Part shown: positions 24,227 through 36,200 of the stretch, in pieces
Position numbering within the stretch: position 1 is the stretch's first letter
Layout: each line of letters opens with the position of its first letter
From: Lytechinus pictus
Taxonomy: Eukaryota
Direction: 5' to 3'
DNA length: 64,000 bases
NCBI RefSeq assembly: GCF_037042905.1
Contig: NC_087251.1
Coordinates: 6,326,001 to 6,390,000 of the forward strand
Translations under genes and position numbers: made by a program
Notes under the pieces: model-generated
What the model was told of the DNA's origin: nothing
What the model saw: the letters and a program-made list of their open reading frames with translations, nothing else
Databases searched by the model: none

Positions 24227-27200
24227 TTTCCAAAACCAAAATCGCAAATCACCTGCGCAGCAGAATCCTTTCTTTTTGCTAGTCTTTATTCAAGAATTGC
24301 TGTTTTAAAGGAATATAAGTTCACCCAGAAGATTTTTTTTGGACATACCAGAAAAAAATAGTGAAACGTACTGGTGAAGGAAAGCTAGACGGACTTCTAA
24401 CTGATACTATGACGCTATTCAACTGACTCCAACAAAAGGGCACAGACGTATATAACCCAGCCTTTTTTTAATGCATAATCAGGCAATATATGATCCTCTT
24501 TTACATACCATACACATCCCTCTGAGTAAGAATTAGTAAAGTCAAATGGAGGATTTCTTGCTTTCCCTAGGGAGATTAAAAAAAAATCAAGGAAGTAAAA
24601 ATTGAACTGCAGGAAATCTGCACTACGAACAAATAGACAAGACTTGAAGTTACATGCAGTTTAAGTCCATGCACCATAGTCCATAGAGATATACTAAAAA
24701 CGCATTCACCCATAACGTTGATCATATGAATCAATAGACAGAAATTAAACAAGCACAACGCTGGAAATTTCGGGTGTAAATTTCGCTTATTTGTCACAAA
24801 GCAATGCACAGTGATAATATGCAAATGAGAGAGTCGATGATGTCCCTGCATGACCTCACTCACTGCTATTTCTAAACTTTTCTAAGATTTCACAAATATG
24901 ACCAACCTGACGGAACAAAAAAATTGTTAAAACAATGGCAATTCCACGTGCAGGGAGGTATCAAAATTTGTTTCAAATGGCAATGAGGAAAAAAATATAC
25001 ATATTTCATACCGTGAAATACAAAAGAAACTAGTGAAAGTTGCAAACAGATGGCCGGCATTGGGATGCTTCCCCACCAAAAAAAAAAGACAAAAGGTAGG
25101 AGATAATCAGTTCTGAATGTTGGATTTTTGTAATGAAAATTGTAAAAAAATGTTGCTGGCTCGCTTCGCTCGCACTCTTTTTTTAATTATAAATTTTGCC
25201 TCATATATCTCAATTAAGCCCCCTCAAAGTTTTCGGTTCATTATGCCACTGGTGAGTGGGTGATGTCATCAGTCCCCTCATCAGTGCATTACCAACCAGG
25301 ATGTGCATAAACTCTTTGATGACATCAGATTTTGATTACATTTTCATAATTGTTATGCTTGCTGGATTTTTCTTTTTATTCAAATCAACTTTTTATCGGA
25401 GTAGACTTGTCCTGGGGGGACGTCTACCCCAACAGCAGTTGATTTGAATGATTAAAACTAGGAAATACCCCTACCCCAGGCGCGGATCCAAGATTTAGTG
25501 GGGAGGGGGGCCCAAATTTGACCTGATTTTTGGCGCCCATGTGTACTTTTCGAAAAATGGCGCCCCCTCCCTCCCGGCCAGGCTAACTTAAATTTAACTT
25601 AAATGCCTTAAATGTATTTTGAGTTATCTTATTACATAATCACATTAAAAAAAAAGGCAATTAAAGACCATTTTTTTAATGTGTTCTTGAAAAAAAATCC
25701 ATGAATATATAATGTAATATCAATGGGAGCGCGAAGCGCGAGCGATTTTTGGGGGTCTCAATTTGGTTTAACTTCTCACCAGAGTAGGCCCTACTAGAAT
25801 ATTGTGTGAAAGGGAGCTGTAGTTTCTTTACTAGTTGTTTAGAATAGCCTTCAATAATATAAATGATAACCTCTTGGGAATAATGCAATCTCGAAGCAAT
25901 CGACTCAATCTCCTCATCAGTGACGAAGCTGTGATTTATTCAGCAGGGTTGCACGGGGGGGGGGGGGGGGCTTGTTGAACTTTTGTAGAGGGCACCAAGA
26001 TAAAAAAATAAAAATAAAATGGGGGGGGGGGTAAAAGTTAAAGAAATTCCGAAATTTTATTCTTAAAAACACATCGAGGTATCTCACAAGGCCTAAATAA
26101 ATAATGATAACGCGAAGCGCTATATATTTGACATAATATTTGGAAAATAACATTATATTTCACCATAATCCCTTGTTTTTCTCTCTTTTTTTCTTGGTCG
26201 TGATTTTTTTTTTTTTTTTGGGGGGGGGGGCAAAACACCCATGTCCTAACAGTCATTTCCTAACTTAACTTTATAAACAACATTAATGTGCAATAATCTC
26301 ATAAGCCCTATGCGAGACAAAAAAAATTATTAAATTTCATGTATTTTGACCTGAAAATTGAACATTCTGGGCAATGTTTGTGAACCTGAACAAGATGCGT
26401 ATGTAACTATAGATAATTACTACGAGCGCAAAGCGCGAGCAGAAATTTTTAATGTGCGTTCTGGCCTGGTCGAAAAGGGACCTGTTAAGGAAGTTTTGAA
26501 TTAGCCATTAAGACGATTCATATTTCAACGATTAAATAATGCGAGCGCGAAGCGCGAGCTGAAATTTTTTTATATTCCAACCTAAAAAATTGGATTTTAA
26601 ACCCCCAACGGGACACTCGATTCATGTTTTGTCACTCATGAAAAATGATGGGTATTTTTTTGTATCTTCCTACATTAATAATGCGAGCGCAAAGCGCGAG
26701 CAGAAAATTTTTGATATTCTGATCTGAAACTGGATAATTTTAGCACGTTTTTAATAAGATCAAGATGCGTATCTCAATAAACATGCGTGCACGTGTTTTA
26801 GAGTTAGACAGAATCTGGGCATTCTGAATACATTTCGTTTTTCATCATGAAAATCAATAATGCGAGCGCGGATCGCGAGCTGGAAATAATATTTGAAATT
26901 CCGTTATGAAATGGGTCAATTTAAGCAATATTTAAAGCACTGTGTACATAGGGGAATTGTGAAGTGGATGTGGAAAGCACTTAATAAATGATGCGAGCGA
27001 AGCGCGAGCTCATATTTTATTATTATTTTAAACTAGGATCGAGACATTTTAGGCCTAAGGACATTTTGTCATAATATAAGAATGATGCCTATCTTCTATT
27101 CCTCTTCCTAAAACTTGTCGATATATTTTTCTGAAAAAGGGACGATTTAGTTATGAATTCATAAAAAATCTATTTCATATTTATTAATCTAATAAGCCTA

Positions 27201-27381
27201 ATGAGTGCGTGAAATTTGTTGACAGTGCATGAGGCCTGAAAATTGGATATTTTATATATTTTTTAATCATGAACAGCATTCATGGGTTGATACATTTATA
27301 GCAAATAATGCGAGCGCAAATCGCGATCCGAAATTTTTTAATGGGGGGAATTCAAGTAGTTTGTTATAGAATATATAGGTA

Positions 27382-29100
27382 CAGTGGCGTACCGTGGGTC
27401 ACGACATGGGGGGCACCACCACAAATTTGGTGTCACTTAGGGAGCGCGCTCAGTTGCCAGGTATGCTGACCGAATAGAGAAATTTTAAAGACATGCAATG
27501 CCATTAAACGGATAAGTATCTCACTGATTAAATAATGCGAGCGCGAAGCGCGAGCTGAAAATTTTTGATATTCAGACCTAAAAGAGACATTATAAGCAAA
27601 TTTTTTGTAATCGTGATACGTACCTGTCTCGCTAAACAAACAATGCGAGCGCGAAGCGCGAGCTGAAATTTTTGTATATATTGACCCCAAACAGGGACAT
27701 TTTAAGGACTATATTTTAGGTATCCATTTTAGAGTATAAATATCTCAGCATAGTCATCTAATGATAGTGGCATCCTTTGCTGATTTTGTTAGAATTACAT
27801 CTAAACATATGAAGCACTTTTTGTAGTCATTGTAATCATGATTATCATACGCATCTCACTAATCAAATACTGCGAGCGCGAAGCGCGAGCTGAACATTTA
27901 TGAAATTCAGACCTGAAAAGGGGCATTCTAAGGCTTGTTTGTAGGAATTCACTAAGTCCTTACGTATTTCACTAACCAAATGATGCGAGCGCGAAGCGCG
28001 AGCTAAAATTTTGATATTCAGATAAAAAAAATTGACATTTTAAGGAATGATTTTAGGAATTCATGAAGAGCAAACATCTCACCGATCAACTAATGCGAAC
28101 GTTAGCACGAACAGGAAATGTTTTATATTAAGACCTTAAAATTGGGCAATCACTTTAAAGGGGAATGAAACCTTTGGAATAAGTAGGCTTGTGTCGAAAC
28201 AGAAAAATCAAAGAATAAGAACAAAGAAAGTTTGAGAAAAATCGGATAAATAATAAGAAAGTTATGAGCATTTGAATATTGCAATCACTAGTGCTATGGA
28301 GATCCTCCTATTGGCAATGCGACAAGGATGTGTGATGTCACATGTGAACAACTTTCCCTTTGATGGTCTATAGAATACCCTCAAAATGTCTGTTTCTGCT
28401 TTTTCTTGTGGTGATACAAATTTTTAACCATGATGTATTCTTTAAAAATCTGTATTACATGCCCTCCTATAAAAAGAACACATGATCTACTGATAGATGT
28501 GATAAAAGCGGCAATTTAAGTGAAATATATACTAAAGAAATGGGCAGAGTTGTTCACAAGTGACATCACACATCTTTGTCGCATTGCTAATTTGAGGATC
28601 TCCATAGCATTAGTGATCACAATATTCAAATGCTCATAACTTTCTCATTATTTGTCTGATTTTTCTCAAACTTTCGTTAATCTGTTTCTTTGATTTTTCT
28701 ATTTTCACACAAGCTATCTTGTTCCAAAGTTTTCATTCTCCTTTAAGTAATCATGAAAAAAAAAGCAAATGTCACTACATAAAACAATAATAACTCGAAT
28801 TGCGAGGAAATATATTTGGTGTATATTGATTTGAAAACGAGAGGTTTTAGTACAACAGGATTATACATCTCGTTAAACAGTCTATGCGAGCACCAGGAAC
28901 AATGAAGACATAGGCCCTGAGCAAACTGTTTCATAAAGTCAAGAAAAAAAATGCTTCTTATGTATCATAATTATGATATAATATAACATTATAATAAACA
29001 ATAATTTTTCTTTCCCCATTATGTTTCTCTTCTATGTTTCTCAGCCGATTGGGGGGGGGGGGGCACGTGCCCACCATGCCCCCTGGTAGTTACGCCACTG
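27382..29100. mobile_element. 1719-bp hAT-like non-autonomous element nested in 25477-32530
   Basis: tataggta|CAGTGGCGTA ... TACGCCACTG|tataggta: 10-bp TIR and exact 8-bp TSD. Confidence 0.88.
28159..28742. mobile_element. TTAA-target MITE (Kolobok/T2-like) nested in 27382-29100
   Basis: ttaa|AGGGGAATGAAACCTTTGGAA ... TTCCAAAGTTTTCATTCTCCT|ttaa; long inverted arms. Confidence 0.85.
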
Positions 29101-29289
29101 TATAGGTATACAGAACTCACCAATCAAAATGCGAGCGCACAGCGCTAGCTCATAGGCCTTCATTTTTGACAATCGAGACACCTGAAAAGGAATATTTTGA
29201 GAATCTTATATGAAATACACAAAGATAATAGGTAGGCCTACAACATTTTAAAGTTTCGCTTAATTTCACAAACCAGTTATAATCACATC

Positions 29290-29732
29290 CTTGTCGGTAT
29301 GAGGAGACTGATGACATCACTCACTCACTACTTCATTTTGTATTTTAGTATATGAAATATTCCATTTTTCTCCGTTGTCGTGTGAAACAATTATTAATTC
29401 CTCCCTGAACATGAGCAATTAGCATTGTTTAATACTAAATGGTTCAATCAAGTTGGTCCATATTGTAAAATCTGTAAAAAATGAAATATTGTATAATTCT
29501 AACAATAAAAAACAAAGGAATTAGTGAGTGAGGGACATCATCGACTGTCTCATTTGCATGTCACTGAGTTGTGCATATCACTGTTTTTTTTTAAATAAGC
29601 AAAAAATTTTTTTAGAAATGTCATAATTTTTTCATTTTACATCCGGTTTTGATGAAATTTTCAGCATAATGCTTGTTAGATTTTTCTTTATTTATTCAAA
29701 TCAACATTTTTTTGGGGTGGATGGACTTGTCC
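29290..29732. mobile_element. Truncated copy of the 35909-36673 TTAA-MITE family
   Basis: Right end GGGGTGGATGGACTTGTCCT|ttaa; body similar to 35909-36673; left end missing. Confidence 0.6.
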
Positions 29733-30229
29733 TTTAAGAAATGAATGCGAGCGCGAAGCGCTAGTTGAAAACTTTTTTAATGATGAAATGAAAAGGACAT
29801 TTTCAGTTGTTGGATTAGAATATAAAATATTTTCAGCTTGTGCTTCTCGTTCGCATAAAAAAACTGTGAGGTCGGGATGCGTATATAACTAAACAGTGAT
29901 GCGAGCGCGAAGCGCGAGCAATTTTTTTTTATATACTGACTTAAGAAGGACTCTTTTAAGGTATAATTCCTATTTATTTAAACATTTTAAGGACTTATGT
30001 ACGTGTGATCGATGGAGATGATACACACCTCACTAATCAAATATTGCGAACGCGTAGCGCCAGCTGAATTTGATATTAACCCCTTTTCTGACCCTGAACA
30101 GGATAGCTATCTCGCCAAACAAACTTCAAACTCGAGCACATTGATTTTTTTCTATTATCGTAAAAACGGGATATTTTAAATCAGCCGCATTAATGTAACC
30201 TTTTTGGGCAGGAAATAAATTTCACTTTA

Positions 30230-31595
30230 AACAGGCAATACGAGCAATGTTGCGCCCCCGGTCGAACATGAATTTGCATGGAGCCCCCTAAGTTCAAGGT
30301 CAATTTGGCGCCCTCGGTTGAACATGAATTTGGCGCCATGTGAAATATCAATTTGCCCTCGGCCACCTTCTGAAACATGTATATGTCGCCTTATGGTCAA
30401 ACATCAAATTAGCGCTCCCCTAGTTTGAACATCAATTCGGCGCTCCCCTAGTTCGAACATCAATTTGGCGCCCCTCCCAGTTCAAACATCAATTTGGCGC
30501 CCACATCTAGTTCGAAAATTAATTCGCCCCGTCCCCCTTGTTCAAACATCAATTCGGCGCCCCATAGTTCGAACGTCATTTTGGCGCCGCCTAGTTCTAA
30601 CATCAATTTGGCGCCCCCCTCGTTCGAACATCAATTTGGCGCCCCAAGTTCGAATAGCAATTCGGCGCCCCCTAGTTCGAACATCAATTTGGCGCCCCTA
30701 GTTCGAACATTCAATCGGCGCCCCCCGATGTCGAACATATAAGTTTTGCGCCCCTACGTCAAACATCAATTCGGCGCATCCCCCCTACGTCGAACATCTA
30801 TTTGGCCTCCCTAGGTCGAACATAAATTTGGCATCCCTTCGAACTCAATTTGGCTTCCCTAGTTCGAATATCAATTCGGCGCCCCCTAGTTCAAACATCA
30901 ATTCGGCGCCCCCCCCCTAGTTCGAGTATCAATTCGGCGCCCCCCTAGTTTGAGTATCAGTTTGGCGCCCCCTAGCTCGAACATCGATTCGCCTCCCCCC
31001 CCCCCTAGTTCGAATATCAATTTGGCGCCCCCAGTTCGAACATCATTTTAACATCCCTTCGAACATCATTTTGGCGCCCTCCTAGATCGAATATCAATTC
31101 GGCGCCCCTACATATAGGTCCAACATCAATTTGGCGCCCCATAGGTCGAGTATCAATTTGGCGCCCCCTAGTTCCAACATCAATTCTGAGCCCCCCTAGT
31201 TTGAGTATCAATTTGGCGCCCCCTAGCTCGAACATCGATTTCCCCCCCCCCCTAGTTCGAATATCAATTTGGCGCCTCCAGTTCGAACATCATTTTAACA
31301 TCCCTTCGAACATCATTTTGGCGCCCTCCTAGATCGAATATCAATTCGGCGCCCCTACATATAGGTCCAACATCAATTTGGCGCCCCATAGGTCGAGTAT
31401 CAATTTGGCGCCCCCTAGTTCCAACATCAATTCTGAGCCCCCCTAGTTTGAGTATCAATTTGGCGCCCCCCTAGTTCGAACATCGATTCGGCCCCCTCCC
31501 CCCTTGTTCGAGTATCAATCTGGCGCCCCCAGTTCGAACATCATTTTAACATCCCTTCGAACATCATTTCGGCGCCCTTTTGGTTCGAACATCAT
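30230..31595 (+). repeat. Minisatellite of ~30-bp monomers (TAGTTCGAACATCAATTTGGCGCCCCC) with a ~247-251-bp higher-order repeat
   Basis: Roughly 40 monomers with variable C-runs; marker CATCATTTTAACATCCC recurs at 31041, 31288 and 31539. Confidence 0.92.
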
Positions 31596-32477
31596 TTTCT
31601 TTCCTCCTCTTCCTCTTTTTTTCTTCTCGTCCTTCCCCTCTTTCTTTCCCCTTTTCTTTCCCCCCCCCCCGTTCTCTCTCTTTTTTCTTCTCTTCTTTCT
31701 TCCCTCTTCCTCTTTCTCCTTTTTTCTCCTTTTCCTTTTCCCCTCTCTTTTCCCCCTTCTTCTTTCCCCTCTTCCTCTTTTTTCTCCCCCCTCCCCCTGC
31801 CTTTTCTTCTCTTCCTTCCCCCTCTTCTTCTTTTTTTTTTCTTTCTTTCCCCTCTTCTCCTTTTTTTCTTTTATTTCCCCTCTTCTTTTTTCTTCTTTTC
31901 TTTCCCCTCTCTTTTTTTTCCTCTTCTTTCCTCCCTCTTCCTCTCTCTCCTTTTCTTTTCCTCTCTTGTCTTCCCCCTCTCCCTCCCTTTTCTTCTCTTC
32001 CTCTTTTTTTCTCCTTTTCTTTCCTCTTTTTCCTCTCTCTCTTTTTCTTCTCTTCCTCCCCCCCTTCCCCTCTCTCTCTTTTTTCTCCTTTCCTTTTCCC
32101 TCTCTTTTTCCTTCTCTTTCTTTCCCCTTTTCCTCTCCCTTTTCCTTCCCTTCCTTCCCACTCTTCCCTTTTTCTTCTTTTCTTTCCCCCTTTCCTCTCT
32201 CTTTTTTCTCCTCTTCCTCCTTCCCCTCTTCCTCTCTCTTTTCCCCTCTTCTTTTCCCCTTTCTCTCTCTTCTCTTCTTTCGATCCTCCTTCTTCCTCTC
32301 TCTTTTTGTCTCCTTTTCCTTTCCCCTCTCCCTCTCTCGATCTTTCCTCTTTTCTTCCCCCCCCCCTCTTTCTCTCTCTCTTTTCTTCCCTTCTCCCCCC
32401 TCTTCCTTTCTTCTTTTTCTTCTTTTCTTTCCCCTCTTCCCCTCTTTTTTCTCTTTCTTTCCCTCTCTTTTTTTTTT
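31596..32477 (+). repeat. ~880-bp almost pure polypyrimidine tract
   Basis: Almost only C and T on the + strand, aperiodic. Confidence 0.95.
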
Positions 32478-32769
32478 AGCCTAAGGGGGGGGGGCCAAGG
32501 CCCCCTCGGCCCCCCATGGATCCGCGCCTGCCCTACCCCTTCTCCTCCGAGCTCCACCCCCCCCCCCCCTCCTCCTCACAGCGCGCGCTAGGTACCGTAA
32601 ATCCTGCACTTTTTTGTCTTCAATTGAGTAGAGCACCAACTAGCTGCTCTGTGTCAATTTTCTTTCTTATCATTATCATGATGTAAAAGTAAACGTAAAT
32701 AACCATCAAGGCTCATGAAATAGAATGCACAAAAATAGGCAAGTCTTTTAACAAGGCTATAAAAACTTT

Positions 32770-33000
32770 TAACCAATCAAAATGACGCGATGTGACTGCA
32801 CGCAACCGGTGCATATGATCTATGACCCTGGCGCAACAGGCCCGCCGCACCGCCTCGCGCCGCGCCTGGCCTAGCCTGCGGTGCCTGGAGCTGTCGGCGC
32901 GGCTGGCCGCCTGTGTGCGGCGTTAAGTTACGCTCCCTAGCGCCTAGCCTGCGCCCCTTCCCGCCCATTCTCGCTTGCCTCGTTTGAAAGTCATATCGCG
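32770..33000 (+). promoter_or_regulatory. GC/CpG-rich proximal promoter and 5' region of the bHLH-HMG gene
   Basis: CpG-dense patch in an AT-rich background directly before ATG 33001; TTCCCGC at 32958-32964 and TTTGAA at 32983-32988. Confidence 0.55.
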
Positions 33001-33230
33001 ATGCGGAAAATAAAGTCAAGAAGATCAAAATCTACTACCAAGACATCCCCGAAATCTAGTTTAAATGCCAATGGACCTCGCTTGAGGAGTACGAAACGCA
33101 TTGAAAATGTGAAAACAGTGGTGAAAAAGAAAGTGACGAAGTCGAAGAGGAAGAGTCAATCCGTACGGGGACCATCAGTGTCACCCGACGATCATTTGGA
33201 GAAACGGGAGATGCATCGAATCCATGAGAG
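33001..33230 (+). CDS. MEIOSIN: bHLH-HMG gene exon 1 (basic N-terminus and bHLH basic region)
   Basis: ATG 33001; ..HRIHE AG|gttggt (phase 2). Confidence 0.8.
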
Positions 33231-36200
33231 GTTGGTGTGGGGCGGTGTGGGGGTTGGTGATGTTTTGCCCCGGGTTTTCCTCCTGCAAATTACCCGGGGC
33301 AGTAGTAAATTTCAAAGGTGTAACTTTGCTTAAACTGTCAAACTTAACAGGAATATTTAGCAAAGACAGCAAACTTAACAAAGTAAAAAAAGGGGAGAGC
33401 AAAACCAAAATGAACAAATTTAAGCCTCAACAAGGGCAAGGCAAGCCAAATGTTACCGTCATGGCGTTAGACAGGTCTAATGAGTAATGTTACTGATAGA
33501 CTCCAACTTAAGTTAGTTAACTATAGGCCTACAGGCTACAGACTAGAAACTTGTATGTATACGACAACATAGGCCTTAAATTACGTTCGGCCTAACGTAC
33601 TCTGTACATACTACAAGGAACCTAAGACCAAAATATATTATCAGTCTATTTCGGTCATAAAACATTCTTTGCTGAGTTTTGACATTTGTCTGGCTTTGCG
33701 GAACTGAAAAAAAAAAACCAGAAAATAAAAAAAAACTCCTCTGGAAGTACAGCTAATTTTACAGTCTTCTCTAAGCCAGACTAAGGAAACCTATGCCCCC
33801 GAAAATAATTGGGCCTAGATCTAGTATACCCAGTTTTGTGCCCGGACAGGTTGCGTCTTCGGACAATCCATTTTAAACGGCCATTTGGAAAGTTAACAAC
33901 ATGAACAAGCAAACTTTCATCATAGTACAAAGTACAGTATTTGTAGAGAACAAAATTAAGATGGTTACAACAATAATTAAATTCCATGTTTTTTGTAATC
34001 TACACACAAAAAAGGGTGTTTCAAATTTTATATTTTTGATTCAACAATGTCAAAATCTATTTCAATGCATGATTTAAAATATGTCTAAAAGAAAGATCTG
34101 CAGTAAACACTGATTTGATGATAAAGTCTGTAAAATCAAAGTTAATAGTCATAATATCATCAAGGTTGTGTCAACCCTATCTCTGTGGCCTGGGCCATGG
34201 GCGGAAATCCCAAGGGGGGACATGTCCCCCCTACCCAAAATAGTAGGGGGGACACAATATCAAATGTCCCCCTATAATTGAAATAAAACATGTCATTTGG
34301 ACGAGATGACCTAACTTTTGGGGTGATAAGCTTTTTTTTTTTTTTAATTAAATTTATTTTGGTAAAAATAACCTTATATTTGGGGTGATAACCTTTTCTT
34401 TTTGGCTTGTCAAATTTTTCACCCCCTGGTTGGTCCCCCTACCTTTGGGGAGAGATTTCTGCCCTTGTCCTGGGCTATGGGCTATAAAAGGCCTGCTCAT
34501 GCTACTACAGAAAATTTTGGTCAATGTTTGTCTTGATCTAACCTTAACATTAAAAAGTTGGATCTTGGCCTAGAATCAACTTAAGGATCCACGGTTATGT
34601 TTGTGCACATTGTGATCTGCGTATATTTTACACTCCGTGTGCTGACGTCACAATGGATAAACAGGTGATTAATCAGCTGTAGGTATGAGCTGATTTTTTT
34701 CATTATCTGCACTCTAACTGCAGATCCTATGCGTTATTCTATGAGACTGATAAACTGGAATTATTCCATAGACCATTCCATTTTTAAAAATACCTCTACA
34801 ATTTCAAAATACTTTACTCTGCAGTGCTGCAAAGAATGACAGATATGACCCTGAGTTTGATTAAATGGTAGAGTGGTTTAAATTTTTCCTCACATAGATA
34901 TAAAGCATTTGGCACATTTTTTAGAACAAACCACATTTGCTCTAATAAAAGTGCTGATAGTTTGAAAACAAGCACATTAACACCTATTTTTCAATGTTTG
35001 CACTCATACATTCCTCTACAACTTTGCAAAGTTTGGTGAAAACGACATGGGTTTTGAATAAAGTGCAGCATTGATTGTACTTCTCAAGTTTGTTATTGAA
35101 ATATCACATTTTTGAGATTGGGTTTTTGTTATCTCTCACACCATTTAAGAACTGACAGTGCTGTTAGATTTAAGAGAGCAAACAAATAGCAATATAAATA
35201 GATACAATTATTAACTGTATTGCAAAATTTGATGAAATTTTTATGGATTTGAGTAATAGATGATTAAAACTCATTGTAGTGATCTCATGAGGTCTGAAAA
35301 TGTCAAATTCTTTTGAATGCGCAATACTTAACAACATCCATTTGAGGGAACTTTGAAGCTATATAGCAAAAAATCAAGCACATGGACCCATGTTAATTTT
35401 TACACATTTGGAATATTCAGGTGCTAATTATTTATGTGCAATGTTTGGTGAAAATGACATGGATTTCACTTTAACTGTGGAGTGTCCTTAAGACAGTTCT
35501 ATTGATCAAATCAAAATCATTGATTAATAAAGAGACAGTTGTGGGAAAGATGGAAATAGTAATGTACTGGTAATATTATTTCTGTCCACATTTTGGAACA
35601 ATATCATTTGTTGATATAATAATTACTTTTCATTGACTCAGTCACACACAAAAATAATCACAATGAATCGTAAGAGATTTTTGTAGGAAAGTTGTAAATA
35701 GATTTTGGGAATTTTCCATTTCTTTCTATATTTAGGAACAATATGACAGTAAATAATTATCTGTTGCAAAAGATAGCTGTTCAGATGCTTTCTAAACTCA
35801 CATTCATATTAATACCAAAAGTGGCCGAGATGGTCAGGCCCACAAATTGTCCCATAATTCTCTATATACTGGTATAATTATTGCACACTCAGTAAAATTG
35901 ATATTTAAAGGTCAAGCCCACCCCAGAAACATGTTCGAATAAATTGAGAAAAATCAAACTAGCCTAATGCTGAAAATTTCATCAAAATCGGATGTAAAAT
36001 AAGAAAGTTATGACATTTTAAATTATCGCTTATTTTCTCAAGACAGTGATATGCACAACTCATTGACATGCAGATGAGACAGTCATTGGTGTCCCTCACT
36101 TAATGTTTCTTCGTTTTTTATTGTTTGAATTATTCAATATTTCATTTTTTTTTTACAGATTTGACAATAAGGACCAACTTGACTGAACCGCATAGTATTA

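Larger units (their letters stand above)
25477..32530. mobile_element. 7054-bp non-autonomous TIR element (hAT-like) with nested insertions and internal arrays
   Basis: ccctaccc|CAGGCGCGGATCCA ... TGGATCCGCGCCTG|ccctaccc: perfect 14-bp TIR and exact 8-bp TSD; no transposase ORF. Confidence 0.88.

Noticed and set aside
30230..31595. CRISPR-like array, Pol III B-box array, or coding repeat (ORFs 30465-31458)
   Set aside because: Monomers abut with no unique spacers and the context is eukaryotic. GTTCGAACA lacks the final C of GTTCRANNC. The ORFs just translate the repeat.
31504..32557. Long ORFs of 326, 299 and 228 aa
   Set aside because: Artefacts of the C/T tract, which cannot contain stop codons; only F/L/S/P or K/R/E/G composition.
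33224..33487. Alternative first exon or ORF (MNKFKPQQGQ.., possible GC donor)
   Set aside because: Exon 33001-33230 supplies the bHLH basic region in the correct phase, so this segment is best read as intron 1.
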